Positions 27,482-37,109 of a DNA stretch of 53,471 nucleotides are shown here, piece after piece. This DNA comes from a virus. Taxonomy: Duplodnaviria; Caudoviricetes. Each line of letters begins with the position of its first letter. The stretch's first letter is position 1. A program made the translations under genes and the position numbers. The stretch covers positions 1 to 53,471 of the IMG/VR virus record IMGVR_UViG_3300009169_000028; one strand, 5' to 3'. The notes beneath the pieces are model-generated. The model saw only the letters and a program-made list of their open reading frames with translations. It had not been told where the DNA came from and did not search any database.

Positions 27482-27501
27482 CCGATAAGAGGTGTACTCG
27501 G
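27482..27501 (-). repeat. Dispersed dif-like site 9
   Basis: + strand CCGATAA-GAGGTG-TACTCGG. Confidence 0.8.
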
Positions 27502-27518
27502 TGGTGGGGAGGGGTGGC

Positions 27519-27974
27519 ATGGCAGCTCCATTGTTCAGTGTGTTGAGTCAGGCGTTTAGCGAGGCGTTCACGCTGCTGGCGAGTGCGGCCAGGACGGTGA
27601 CAGTGGGGACGAATGGGGCGGCGGTGGCGGGGTTCGGGCGCTTCCGCCGTTTGATTTTGCTGCTGGATGTGACGGCGGCGGCGACGGATGCCGGGGATAC
27701 GCTCGATGTCTACGTGGACGGGTCGGTGGATAATCTGACCTGGTTCAACGTGGCGCATTTCACGCAGGTGGTGGGCAACGGCGGGGCGAAGAAGTTCGTT
27801 GCGGTGTTGGATGCCTCGAATCCGGGCACATCGGTGTTCGATGTGACGGCGGATGCGGCGGCGGGCGCGGTGCGGCCGGCCGCTTTTGCGTTGTATCTGC
27901 GGGCGCGCTGGGTGATCGTGGATGCGGACGGGGATGGCGGTTTCACGTTCAGCGTGACCGGCTATGGTCAGTAG
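27519..27974 (+). CDS. Putative virion structural protein (beta-rich)
   Basis: GGAGG RBS; LILLLDVTAA...TLDVYVDGS.D...WF...YLRARW...FTFSV. Confidence 0.6.
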   Translation: MAAPLFSVLSQAFSEAFTLLASAARTVTVGTNGAAVAGFGRFRRLILLLDVTAAATDAGDTLDVYVDGSVDNLTWFNVAHFTQVVGNGGAKKFVAVLDASNPGTSVFDVTADAAAGAVRPAAFALYLRARWVIVDADGDGGFTFSVTGYGQ

Positions 27975-27982
27975 GCGGGCGT

Positions 27983-28138
27983 GTGGAACGGGTGTGTCAG
28001 AAATGCGGGCGGGTGTATCGGGGGCTGGTGTGCCAGGCGTGCCATCCGAGGCGGAAGAAGGCGGAGGCTGAGGTCAAGTCGAAGGCTGAGGTCAAGGCTG
28101 AGACTGAGGCTGAGGTCAAGGCGAGTGAGGATGTGTGA
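27983..28138 (+). CDS. Small Zn-ribbon protein with AEVK repeats
   Basis: Manual read: VERVCQKCGRVYRGLVCQACHPRRKKAEAEVKSKAEVK...; stop overlaps capsid ATG. Confidence 0.45.
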   Translation: MERVCQKCGRVYRGLVCQACHPRRKKAEAEVKSKAEVKAETEAEVKASEDV

Positions 28139-30846
28139 TGAAGAAGCAAGTTGCAGTGAGCCGGCCGCTGGCGGAGGTGACGAAGGGATCGTTCGAGTAT
28201 GCGGCGGACGAGGTGGGGCGGGCGTTCCGGAATGAGTTTGGGGCGCCAGAGTCGCCGGGGATGGCGGAGTACTACCCAGTTGAAACGTTCTCGGATGCGC
28301 TGATCGTGTCCGAGTGGTCGAGCGACGAGGGACCGGACGAGTTCTATCGGGTGCCGTACACGAGGGACGCCGACGGGAAGATCGTCTTCGCAGTGCGGGA
28401 TGCGTGGGAGCCGGTGGAGCTGACGTATCAGGCGCGGACGGAAGACGAGGGTCAGGGGACAGGGGTCAGGGGTCAGGAGTCGGTGGAACGGGCGCCAGGC
28501 CAGCGCCGGCGGCTGGAGGAAAACGTGGGGCCGCGGGCGGAGCTGGCGGAAGGGGCTGCGGGCAATGGGGCGACGCGGCGGATTCGGATCGCCGGGCTGA
28601 TGCAGGCGGGAGTGATCAACGGGAACGGGCGGCGCTATCCTGCGCACGTGCTCGAGGCGGCGGTCGCGGAGTGGCGCGATCATCTGCGCGAGAGTGCCGG
28701 GCAGGGCCGTTTGAAGATACTGACGGGCGAGGTGGAACATCCGGGCGACAAGGGGAAGCGGGGCGCGCAGTTCCTGGAGACGGTGGTGCGGTGGACGAAT
28801 GTGACGTTCGACGGCGCTAACGTGGACGTGGCAGGCGAGTTGATCTTGACCACACGGGGACGGGATGTGGCGACGCTGATGGAGTCCGGCGTGCGGCCTG
28901 GCGGGTCCGTCAGGGGTTTCTACGAGGCGAAGGTGGTGCGGGAAGGCGACCGGTCGGTTGAGGATGTGGCGTGGTGCCAGATCACCGGGGCCGATCTGGT
29001 CGGGGATCCGTCGTTCGAGAATGCGGCGGATTTGTTGGAGAGCAGAGCCAGGGGACAGGGGTCAGGGGACAGGAGTCAGGAGTCAGGGGTCAGGAGTCAG
29101 GGGTCCGACCTGGACGAGAGCAATAGGGGAGATGACGAGATGGATGCTGAGACGCTGGCTGAGATGATCAAGGCGCATCCCGAGCTGTTCAAGGGGATCG
29201 TGGCCGAGAGCGTGAAGGAGATGACCGAGGCGCAGCGGGTGGATCTGGAGAAGCAGATCCGCACGGCGCTGGGGGTCGGGGAGTCGGCGGACCTGGTGCA
29301 GGCGCTGACCGAGGCGGCCGAGGCGAAGAAGCAGATGGCCGAGCAGGCCCGGGTGAAGGCGATCACTGAGGCGGTGACCGCGGCGACGAAGGACCTGCCC
29401 TACGGCAAGGCGCTGAACGAGATGTTCGCCGTCGAGCTGCGCGAGAGCGTGCAGGATGCGGGCGAGGTGGCGGCCAGGGCGGCCGGGCTGCGCAAGCGGT
29501 ACGATGCCATGAGGAGCGCCGCGATTCTGGGTGGCATGGGGCATGGCGTCCAGGTGCTGGGACCGGTGATCGAGTCTGAGGCCGGCGTGCCGGAGTTCGC
29601 CCGGGCGAGCCACGAGTTCACCGAGAGCATGATCGCCCGCGGCATCGCGACCCGGCGCAATCTGCGCGAGTCGACGAAGGTCAACGACGTGATGGCGCGG
29701 CGGGTGCTGGAGCGGTTCGACCAGGTCAACCGACTGCCGCTGATGCGCGAGGCGCAGCTCCAGGAGACCGAGCTGAGCACCGATCTGAACCTGCCGTACT
29801 CCGTGAGCCGGGCGATCCTGGCCGAGGTGTGGCCGTCCCTGATCGCCACCAGCATCTTCGATGTGGACGTGACCGATCAGTCCCCGACTCGCGTTTATTA
29901 CGAGGACTACGCGGACGTGAGCGGCAAGCACGTGGCGGTCACAGACGAGGCCGTGACGCTGGAGACGGGCGAGTGGGTGAGCTTCGCTCACAAGATGGTC
30001 CAGCCGGGCACGGTGGTGGTGCAGCTCGCGAACGACACGGGGACCTACGTCGAGGGCACGGACTACGTGATCGACTATCTCGACGGGGCGATCTGGGGGC
30101 TGGGCGCGAATATCGCGGACCATACGGCGCTCCATGTCGACTACCACTATGACTCGGTGCGCGAGGGCGAGAATACCGAGATTCAGCGTGGCAAGGCGAC
30201 GCTGGCCTACGGTACGCTCGACTGCAAGGCCAATCGGCTGGCGACCCAGATCACCAACGAGGCGATCGTGTTCTCCCGCTCGCAGATGGGGTGGGATGCG
30301 ACGGCCCGGACGCTGGCGATGCTGGTGGCTGAGCTGCGCCGGGAGATCGACGCGGCGCTGATGTTCAACGCGCTGGGGCAGGCGTTGAAGGTGGCCACCA
30401 ACTCCGGCGGCACCTGGACGGCGGCCACCGATCCGCTGATCGACCTGGTCAGCTACATCGGCATCGCCAAGGTCAAAGTGGAGAAGCGGTACTTCGAGCC
30501 GACCTTCGTGCTTGTCTCCTCGACGACCTCGGACACCCTGGGCAACTGGGACGGCTTCACCGCGGCGGGCAGCCGCGCCGATGTGGCGTTGAACGCCAAC
30601 GGCTACGTCGGGCGGGTCAAGGGTCTGCCGGTGTTCAAGAGCACCGAGTTCTCCGACGCGTACGCGTTGGTCGGCAACCGGCAGGTGGTGCACTACCGCA
30701 TCTACCAGCCGATGGCGCTGAAGGGGCCGTTCCCGTCCTACGGGACGAACCGGCTGCTGGTGGCGGCGGATCAGTGGTATGCCGAGCAGTACGACGGGGC
30801 GATCAGCCCGGTGGCGGGAAAGGCGAGTTACGCGAAGATTGCGTAG
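28138..30846 (+). CDS. Fused prohead protease - scaffold - major capsid protein
   Basis: INGNGRRYP, GEVEHP, SVRG, DLVGDPS (prohead protease); helical linker; C-terminal capsid-like domain (ELRREID, GRVKGLPVFKS). Confidence 0.8.
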   Translation: MKKQVAVSRPLAEVTKGSFEYAADEVGRAFRNEFGAPESPGMAEYYPVETFSDALIVSEWSSDEGPDEFYRVPYTRDADGKIVFAVRDAWEPVELTYQARTEDEGQGTGVRGQESVERAPGQRRRLEENVGPRAELAEGAAGNGATRRIRIAGLMQAGVINGNGRRYPAHVLEAAVAEWRDHLRESAGQGRLKILTGEVEHPGDKGKRGAQFLETVVRWTNVTFDGANVDVAGELILTTRGRDVATLMESGVRPGGSVRGFYEAKVVREGDRSVEDVAWCQITGADLVGDPSFENAADLLESRARGQGSGDRSQESGVRSQGSDLDESNRGDDEMDAETLAEMIKAHPELFKGIVAESVKEMTEAQRVDLEKQIRTALGVGESADLVQALTEAAEAKKQMAEQARVKAITEAVTAATKDLPYGKALNEMFAVELRESVQDAGEVAARAAGLRKRYDAMRSAAILGGMGHGVQVLGPVIESEAGVPEFARASHEFTESMIARGIATRRNLRESTKVNDVMARRVLERFDQVNRLPLMREAQLQETELSTDLNLPYSVSRAILAEVWPSLIATSIFDVDVTDQSPTRVYYEDYADVSGKHVAVTDEAVTLETGEWVSFAHKMVQPGTVVVQLANDTGTYVEGTDYVIDYLDGAIWGLGANIADHTALHVDYHYDSVREGENTEIQRGKATLAYGTLDCKANRLATQITNEAIVFSRSQMGWDATARTLAMLVAELRREIDAALMFNALGQALKVATNSGGTWTAATDPLIDLVSYIGIAKVKVEKRYFEPTFVLVSSTTSDTLGNWDGFTAAGSRADVALNANGYVGRVKGLPVFKSTEFSDAYALVGNRQVVHYRIYQPMALKGPFPSYGTNRLLVAADQWYAEQYDGAISPVAGKASYAKIA

Positions 30847-30915
30847 AGTTGTCAGTTGTCAGTTTTCAGTTGTCAGTCCGGGGGGCGTGACTGAAAACTG
30901 AAAACTGACAACTGA
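30847..30915. repeat. Heptamer tandem repeats arranged as an inverted repeat after the capsid gene
   Basis: (AGTTGTC/AGTTTTC)x4 ... (ACTGAAA/ACTGACA)x3. Confidence 0.75.
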
Positions 30916-30923
30916 AGACGTCT

Positions 30924-30943
30924 CCGAGTATCTTCGTTATGGG
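30924..30943 (+). repeat. Dispersed dif-like site 10
   Basis: CCGAGTA-TCTTCG-TTATGGG. Confidence 0.8.
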
Positions 30944-30960
30944 AAGCGTGGAGGGGTGAG

Positions 30961-32553
30961 ATGAATAGGCCAAGCAAGGGGCAGATGGGCTGGGGCATTG
31001 TGGTGGTGGTGATGGTGCTGGCCAGTCTGTTCTTCGGGGTGAAGTTGCCGATTCCGCCTGAGCCGGAGCCGGAGCCGGTGGTGGAGAGCGGGACGTCGCG
31101 TGCGCTGGCGGACAGGTACTTCGAGTCGCTGATCGTTGACAAAGAGCTGATCGTCAACGGGACGACGAATCTGACGGGCTCGGCGAGTTACGGGGCGAAT
31201 GCGGTGTTCGAGGGCGCGACGGCGGACGCTTACGAGACAACGCTGGCGATCACCGACCCGACGGCGGATCGGACGATCACGTTCCCGAACAGCTCGGGGA
31301 CGGTGACGTTGAATCCGCTGGGCGAGAGTACGGAGTTTGAGGGCGCCACGGCTAATGAGTTTGAGACCACGCTGGCGGTGACGGATCCGACGGCGGACCG
31401 GACGCTGACGCTGCCGGACGAGACGGCGGCGGTGATGGTGTCGAGCCTGACAACGAACGCGACGGATGCGGCTAACGCGGTGACCGGGGCCTCCAACGGG
31501 CTGGTGTTCGAGGGGTCGGGGGTAGACAACTTCGAAACTACGGTGTCGGCGACCAATGCCACGGCAGATCGCAGCGTAGTGCTGCCGGACGCCGGCGGGA
31601 CGCTGATGCTGTCGAGCCTGGCGACGAATGGGGCCGACGCGGCGAATGCGGTGACGGGGGCCTCCAATGGGCTGGTCTTCGAGGGCGCCACGGCGAATGA
31701 TTTCGAGGCGACGATCACGCCGACCGATCCGACGGCAGATCGCACGGTTACACTGCCGGATGCGTCCGGTACGGTGGCGCTGACGTCGCAGGCTGTGGAC
31801 ATGACGCTGACGGCCGATGCGACCGGCGGCAATGCGGGCGCCAAGACGGAGTACATCGGGTTGCCGCGCATCAAGCTGATCGGCGGCGGGCAGGGGACGA
31901 ATCCCGGCTCGCAGACGATCGCGCTGGTGGACGATACGCCGGATGGGGAGTTCGCGCCGGTGGACGCCAGCGTGACCGAGAGCCTGGAGGCGGTGTACTA
32001 CAAGCACGGCACCAAATCCTACGGGGCCGCCTGGGACGTGGGCGCGGTGGCGACGGATGGGTTTATCGACGCGAACCTGGGCGCGGGTGCGGCCTGGGAT
32101 GACATGGAATCGGTGGGTCTGCTCGTCTACTCGACGGCGACGTGGGCGGCCGGCGATCTGACGCTGGTGCTGACGGATGACGGCGGCGCGCGCACATACA
32201 ACATCCCGGCGTTGACGGCGGCGAATGTCTGGACGTGGCTAGAGGTAGACATCTCCGCCGGCGATCTCAGCGCGGTGTCGGATGTGGCGATCCTGATGTC
32301 AGCCCAGGGCGAGACGAACCTGGGCGCGTTCACGATGTACCTGGACATCGGCTATGTCTGGGATGCGGCTGATGAAGAGGCGCTCGGCGTGGCGATTCAG
32401 CAGGACGGCGTGCTCGGGGTGATCAATACGGAATCCGGGGCGCAGCTCGCCGAGTTGACCGACTACATCGTGCATTACGAATCCGGCGTCGATTTCCTCG
32501 TGTACATCACCGATCAATCGACGGCGGATATCGCAGTGCTGGCGGCGTACTAG
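30961..32553 (+). CDS. Repeat-rich fibre or decoration-like virion protein with N-terminal TM segment
   Basis: Four FEG.....(F/Y)E.T.......TADR....P repeats; N-terminal WGIVVVVMVLASLFFGV. Confidence 0.6.
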   Translation: MNRPSKGQMGWGIVVVVMVLASLFFGVKLPIPPEPEPEPVVESGTSRALADRYFESLIVDKELIVNGTTNLTGSASYGANAVFEGATADAYETTLAITDPTADRTITFPNSSGTVTLNPLGESTEFEGATANEFETTLAVTDPTADRTLTLPDETAAVMVSSLTTNATDAANAVTGASNGLVFEGSGVDNFETTVSATNATADRSVVLPDAGGTLMLSSLATNGADAANAVTGASNGLVFEGATANDFEATITPTDPTADRTVTLPDASGTVALTSQAVDMTLTADATGGNAGAKTEYIGLPRIKLIGGGQGTNPGSQTIALVDDTPDGEFAPVDASVTESLEAVYYKHGTKSYGAAWDVGAVATDGFIDANLGAGAAWDDMESVGLLVYSTATWAAGDLTLVLTDDGGARTYNIPALTAANVWTWLEVDISAGDLSAVSDVAILMSAQGETNLGAFTMYLDIGYVWDAADEEALGVAIQQDGVLGVINTESGAQLAELTDYIVHYESGVDFLVYITDQSTADIAVLAAY

Positions 32554-32768
32554 ACCAGGGTCGCAACACGAAGCGTAAGATTGCTTCGTCGGGTTGCGAA
32601 CCTCCTCGCAATGACAGGCTACAGGGCCAGTGCTGGGGCGGTGGGGTCCTCCTCTCCATCCGCCGGTTGCACCAGCACGGGAGATGTGGGAATCCGAAGG
32701 CCGGATGCGCAGGCCTGCTGGCCCTTTTTGAGACACGGAGACACGGGGACACGGGGACGGAGGTGAGT

Positions 32769-32969
32769 ATGCGGGTGGTGTTGACGCAGAAGCGGGTGGT
32801 GGGGCATGTGATGCGGTATCCTGGTGAAGTGGTCGAGATCCAGGAGACAGAGGACAGGGGTCAGGAGTCAGGAGTCAGGGACCAGGAATCAGGTGATACG
32901 GGGGTCTCCATGCCTATCGTGCCGGAAGCTGCGCCGCTCAAGTCTTCACGTCGGGGACGTAAGCTATGA
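32769..32969 (+). CDS. Small head-associated hypothetical protein
   Basis: GGAGG RBS; MRVVLT...YPGEVVEI; contains heptamer repeats. Confidence 0.5.
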   Translation: MRVVLTQKRVVGHVMRYPGEVVEIQETEDRGQESGVRDQESGDTGVSMPIVPEAAPLKSSRRGRKL

Positions 32970-33619
32970 GCACGGCGCTGACGACATTGTCGGCGCTGCT
33001 GACGACGGCGGTGCCGGCGCAGAACGGGGTGCCGTCGACGGCGCAGTATACGCAGTGCTGCAAGGACGCGGCGGCGGACTACGGGGAGCGGCGCCCGGTC
33101 AAGAAGGTGGCAACGATCGCTATCGTGTCGGGGACGGCGGCGTATGCGCTGCCGGCCGATTTTGTGCGCGAGATCCAATTTGATTCGCTGATGGGATCGG
33201 GCGAAACGCTGGTGACGGCGACCGGTCTGATTGCCATGGATGCGGACCTGGATGAGATCTATACGTTTGCGGGCGGTTACCTCACGATTTACCCCACTCC
33301 AAGTTATTCGCTCGACCGGGATCTCCTCTATGCGGCCGGGCACGTGCTCGATGTGAATAGCTCCTATCCCGACATGACCGCGGCGGATGCCCGGATCGTG
33401 CTGCTGAAAGCCCAGCAATTGGCGCTCGATCTGCAGGGGAATGTATCGGCCCAGAGCGGGTGGAAATACCAGATCGGCGACGAGATGGTGGACAAGAGCG
33501 GGCTGGCCGGGAAGTACCGGGATCAGGCGGCGTATCTGCAGAAACAGTACGAGGATGCGATCCTCAAAGCGGCCGGGTCAGTGTATGGGCAGCGCGGGTG
33601 GGTGTCGGCGACGCGGTAG
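32966..33619 (+). CDS. Head-tail adaptor-like protein
   Basis: Position; AYALPADF, LTIYPTP, YQIGDEMVDKS. Confidence 0.55.
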   Translation: MSTALTTLSALLTTAVPAQNGVPSTAQYTQCCKDAAADYGERRPVKKVATIAIVSGTAAYALPADFVREIQFDSLMGSGETLVTATGLIAMDADLDEIYTFAGGYLTIYPTPSYSLDRDLLYAAGHVLDVNSSYPDMTAADARIVLLKAQQLALDLQGNVSAQSGWKYQIGDEMVDKSGLAGKYRDQAAYLQKQYEDAILKAAGSVYGQRGWVSATR

Positions 33620-33621
33620 TT

Positions 33622-33641
33622 CCGAGTAGTGTGATTATAGG
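33622..33641 (+). repeat. Dispersed dif-like site 11
   Basis: CCGAGTA-GTGTGA-TTATAGG. Confidence 0.8.
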
Positions 33642-33717
33642 CAGGGATTGCTTCGGCCTCCCACTCCGCTCCGCTTCGGGGACAGGTGTGCGGGCCTCGC
33701 AATGACAGGTAAGAGAG

Positions 33718-34041
33718 ATGTTGAGCGCGGCGGACTGGACGCAGATGACGGCGGATTTGGCGGCGGTGCGCGGGGATAACCCGGTGAGCATCACGCTGCG
33801 CCGCGGGGCGACGACGGTGGCGGCGCAGACGGTGCGGGTGGCCAGGATTACTTCGGCGGCCGGGGCGGCCGGGGGGAATCGGTCGGAAGAGTACCGGGGA
33901 AGGGCAGTAATCCTGGGATCGACGACGCTGGACATTCAGGTGCAGGATCGGTTTACGATTGCGGGGGCGGTGTATCGGGTGACGATCGTGCGGCCGAACC
34001 GGCGCGCGGGGGTGATGGCTGAGGCGGAGATGGTGGAATGA
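33718..34041 (+). CDS. Head closure / stopper-like protein
   Basis: 107 aa; DIQVQDRFTIAGAVYRV. Confidence 0.6.
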   Translation: MLSAADWTQMTADLAAVRGDNPVSITLRRGATTVAAQTVRVARITSAAGAAGGNRSEEYRGRAVILGSTTLDIQVQDRFTIAGAVYRVTIVRPNRRAGVMAEAEMVE

Positions 34042-34087
34042 CGGGGACGGGGCGACACGGGGACCACGGGGACGGGGAGAGACGGGG

Positions 34088-34456
34088 ATGGCGAGGTCGG
34101 GGTTTACGTGGACGAAGCCGCCGAGTGCGGAGCTGATTCCGGGGGTGCTGGCCTACGGCGAGAAGGTCAAGGTGGCGATCCGGGCGGTGGCGGAGTACAT
34201 CGCGCAGAAGACGCAGGCGGAGATGCGCCAGTCGGCGCCGTGGGAGGACCGGACCGGGAACGCTAGGACAGGCCTGTTTAGCGTGGTGGATGAGGCAGCG
34301 GGCGACCTGGTGACGATCTGGCTGAGCCACGGGCATACGATGTATTACGGGGTGTTCCTCGAGCTGGCGCACGGGAAGAAGTATGCAATCATTATGCCGA
34401 CGATTGAGGCGAATCTGCCGGTGATCGAAGGGATGTTGAAGCGGGTGTTTGCGTGA
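34088..34456 (+). CDS. HK97 gp10-like neck protein
   Basis: APWEDRTGNAR, YGVFLELAHG.KYAIIMPT. Confidence 0.75.
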   Translation: MARSGFTWTKPPSAELIPGVLAYGEKVKVAIRAVAEYIAQKTQAEMRQSAPWEDRTGNARTGLFSVVDEAAGDLVTIWLSHGHTMYYGVFLELAHGKKYAIIMPTIEANLPVIEGMLKRVFA

Positions 34457-34531
34457 TCCTTCGACTGCGGGCCGCGGAGTGATGCGGCCCTCCGCTCAGG
34501 ATGACAGGCGATGCGTAGGGTAGGGTGAGCG

Positions 34532-35857
34532 ATGGGACTGATTGATCGGATCGCGGCGGTGTTCAGGCGAACGGAGGTGGCTCCTACGCGGACGACGAGC
34601 GCGGAGATGCCGCAGCCGGGCCGTGGGCCGCTGGAGCTGGCGGGCGAGTGGCGCGCGGCGAGCGATCGGAAGGCCATCGTGAAGGCGTGCCGGGAGATGT
34701 ACGCGAATGACCCGCGCGGCGAGGCGGTGATCACCACGTTGGGGCGCGATATCGTGCGCGGCGGGTTCGATGTCGAGGTTACGGCTCCTGCTGGCCAGGC
34801 CGAACGGGCGGAGCAGATTGCCGACGATTTGACGGTGCGGCTCGACCTGGCGCAGCGGCTCGACGACTGGGTGCGGCTGACGCTGCGGGACGGCGATTCG
34901 TTCCTCGAGCTGTCGGTGGACGACAGCCTCAATATCAGCCAGGTGACCCGGAAGCCGACGCTGGAGGTGCGGCGCTACTCGAACAGCCGGGATCAGTTCG
35001 ACGATCCCCGGCGGGCGTTCTGGCAGGGTGACGAGTGGGCGGTGGAGCCTCCGGGCGATGCGGTGTGGTTCGCGCAGTGGCAGATCATCCACGCCCGGTG
35101 GGCACACGACGAGGGGAGCCGCTACGGGCGGCCGCTGTTTGCGAGCGCGACGAAACCCTACAAGCGGATGAGCGAGGGGGAGACAGACATTGCGGTCAGG
35201 CGCAAGACGCGGGCAGGGATGAAGTATCTGCATCAGTTCCCGGCAGGCACCGACCGCACGGTCATCGAGGAGTACAAGCTGCTGAACCGGGATAGCATCG
35301 ACAATCCGCTGGCGGCGATTGCCGATTACTTCGGGACGGTGGACATCAAGGCGATCAGCGGGGATGCGCAGCTCGGGCAGATCGAGGACGTGATGCACCA
35401 CATCCGCACCTGGTGGCTGGCCTCGCCGGTGGCGATGAGCCTGTTGGGCTATGGCCAGGACCTGAACCGGGATGTGCTCGACAAGCAATCCGAGCAGTAC
35501 CAGATGGCGTTGATGGGTCTGACGGCGTTCCCGGAGATAGAGATCGTGAAACCGTTGCTCGAGCGGCAATGGCTGCTGCAGGGCATCCTGCCAGCGGGGC
35601 TGACCTACCGGATCAAGTGGCGCAATAAGCAGCTCATCACGGCGGCGACGGTTTCGCAGGCGACGGATGCGGCGCTGAAGCTGATGGCGCTCGGACGGCC
35701 GGATGTCGCGGCGCAGGTGCTGGCGTTGTTGTTGCCCGGGCTGGACATCGATCCTGCTGTGAGTCCTGAGCCGCCGGCCACGCGCCAGGCTCCGGGTCCG
35801 GAGACGCGGGCGCGGCCGGCCCGGATGGCGCAAGTCGCTGATGAGCTTGGGGTATAG
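34532..35857 (+). CDS. Portal protein
   Basis: 441 aa; RDGDSFLE, QIIHAR, RYGRPL, typical portal organisation; followed by minor head gene. Confidence 0.8.
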   Translation: MGLIDRIAAVFRRTEVAPTRTTSAEMPQPGRGPLELAGEWRAASDRKAIVKACREMYANDPRGEAVITTLGRDIVRGGFDVEVTAPAGQAERAEQIADDLTVRLDLAQRLDDWVRLTLRDGDSFLELSVDDSLNISQVTRKPTLEVRRYSNSRDQFDDPRRAFWQGDEWAVEPPGDAVWFAQWQIIHARWAHDEGSRYGRPLFASATKPYKRMSEGETDIAVRRKTRAGMKYLHQFPAGTDRTVIEEYKLLNRDSIDNPLAAIADYFGTVDIKAISGDAQLGQIEDVMHHIRTWWLASPVAMSLLGYGQDLNRDVLDKQSEQYQMALMGLTAFPEIEIVKPLLERQWLLQGILPAGLTYRIKWRNKQLITAATVSQATDAALKLMALGRPDVAAQVLALLLPGLDIDPAVSPEPPATRQAPGPETRARPARMAQVADELGV

Positions 35858-35859
35858 GC

Positions 35860-37035
35860 GTGGCTGAGCGGACGCTGGCGGATATTCCGGCATCGAAGGT
35901 GTGGCAGGCGCAGCAGGCGGCGCTGATGCGGTTGCAGCTCTACCTGGTGGTGCGGACGCATGAGGTGCTGAGAAGCGTGCTGGCGGATTGCCGGGACGCG
36001 CTGGAGAAGGCGTATCAGGGGGCGGGCGTCAGCGGTCAGGATGCCGGCGTGTGGGATGCGCTGAGCACGTACCTGGCGATCGAGGGGGTGACGAAGGCGT
36101 GGCGAAAGGGCTTCGACGAGTGGAAGTCGCTGTTTGAGGCGCTGCGCTGGGAGGCGGGGACGCTGCCGTTCGGGACGTTGGCGGTGTTGCATCGGGAGGC
36201 GTTCGCCGATCTCACGCAAAGTCGCAAAGTCGCAAAGGAATCATTGTCTCCTCTTCAGGAGGCCGGGTCCGGCGTGGTGTTTGAGCCGCAGTTGCAGGGG
36301 TTGCTCAACGCGGCGCGGGATCGGGTGTGGGGGGATGGGTTCAATCTGTCGCAGCGGATTTGGCGGTTGGACCAGGAGGGCCTGGAGGGGATCCGGCGGG
36401 TCGTGTACGAGGGCGTGGCGAAAGGGGATAGCGCCTGGAATGTGGCGAAGAAGCTGGAGCCGTTCCTGGGAGCGGGGCAGGATTGTCCACGGTGGGGCCG
36501 AAGCCGGTTGTCGAAGCTGACGAAATCGGACATTGCCGGCGGGGATCGAACGGCGCTGTACACGGGGGATGCGTGCGACGGACAGGGGGTGGCGTACAAC
36601 GCATTGCGCCTGGCCCGGAATGAGATCCAAATCGCGCATCACCGGATGACCGATGAGCTGATGAGCCGGGTGCCGTGGATCGAGAAGGAGCAGGTGCATC
36701 TGTCGCCGGCGCACCCGGAAGAGGACATCTGCGACGACGTGATCAGTAACGGGGAGAAGGGCGAAGGGATCTATCCTGCGGGAGAGATCCAGTTGCCGCT
36801 CCATCCTCAATGTCTTTGCTACAAGACGGCGCTGCAGATGAAGCCCGACGAGTTTGCCGATAAGCTGAACGGGTGGCTGAAGGGTGAGAGTTGGCCTGAG
36901 ATGGATGAGTACGGAGCGAGCCTGGGAACGGGGCGCAGCGGGATTGCGGACGTGAGCCTGGCGGTGGGGATCACACAGCGGATTCTGGTGTGGCTGTGGG
37001 GCAAGGCGGACGATCTGGACGCGGCGGTGGGGTGA
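35860..37035 (+). CDS. Minor head morphogenesis protein (SPP1 gp7 / Mu F-like)
   Basis: LSQRIW, ALRLARNE, DICD, LPLHPQCLC. Confidence 0.8.
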   Translation: MAERTLADIPASKVWQAQQAALMRLQLYLVVRTHEVLRSVLADCRDALEKAYQGAGVSGQDAGVWDALSTYLAIEGVTKAWRKGFDEWKSLFEALRWEAGTLPFGTLAVLHREAFADLTQSRKVAKESLSPLQEAGSGVVFEPQLQGLLNAARDRVWGDGFNLSQRIWRLDQEGLEGIRRVVYEGVAKGDSAWNVAKKLEPFLGAGQDCPRWGRSRLSKLTKSDIAGGDRTALYTGDACDGQGVAYNALRLARNEIQIAHHRMTDELMSRVPWIEKEQVHLSPAHPEEDICDDVISNGEKGEGIYPAGEIQLPLHPQCLCYKTALQMKPDEFADKLNGWLKGESWPEMDEYGASLGTGRSGIADVSLAVGITQRILVWLWGKADDLDAAVG

Positions 37036-37036
37036 T

Positions 37037-37050
37037 GTTTGCGCGCAAAC
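37037..37050. promoter_or_regulatory. parS-like palindrome copy 3
   Basis: (T)GTTTGCGCGCAAAC. Confidence 0.5.
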
Positions 37051-37072
37051 GGGCGCGACGGCGGGCAAACGT

Positions 37073-37092
37073 CCGAGTAGCGGCATTATGGG
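37073..37092 (+). repeat. Dispersed dif-like site 12
   Basis: CCGAGTA-GCGGCA-TTATGGG. Confidence 0.8.
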
Positions 37093-37109
37093 AATGGAGT
37101 CGGTGATGT

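Noticed and set aside
29083-30693. Long antisense ORFs (e.g. 29083..30693, 34496..35893, 36241..37716, 43437..44753)
   Set aside because: Shadow frames of GC-rich genes on the opposite strand; Arg/Pro-rich with no recognisable motifs
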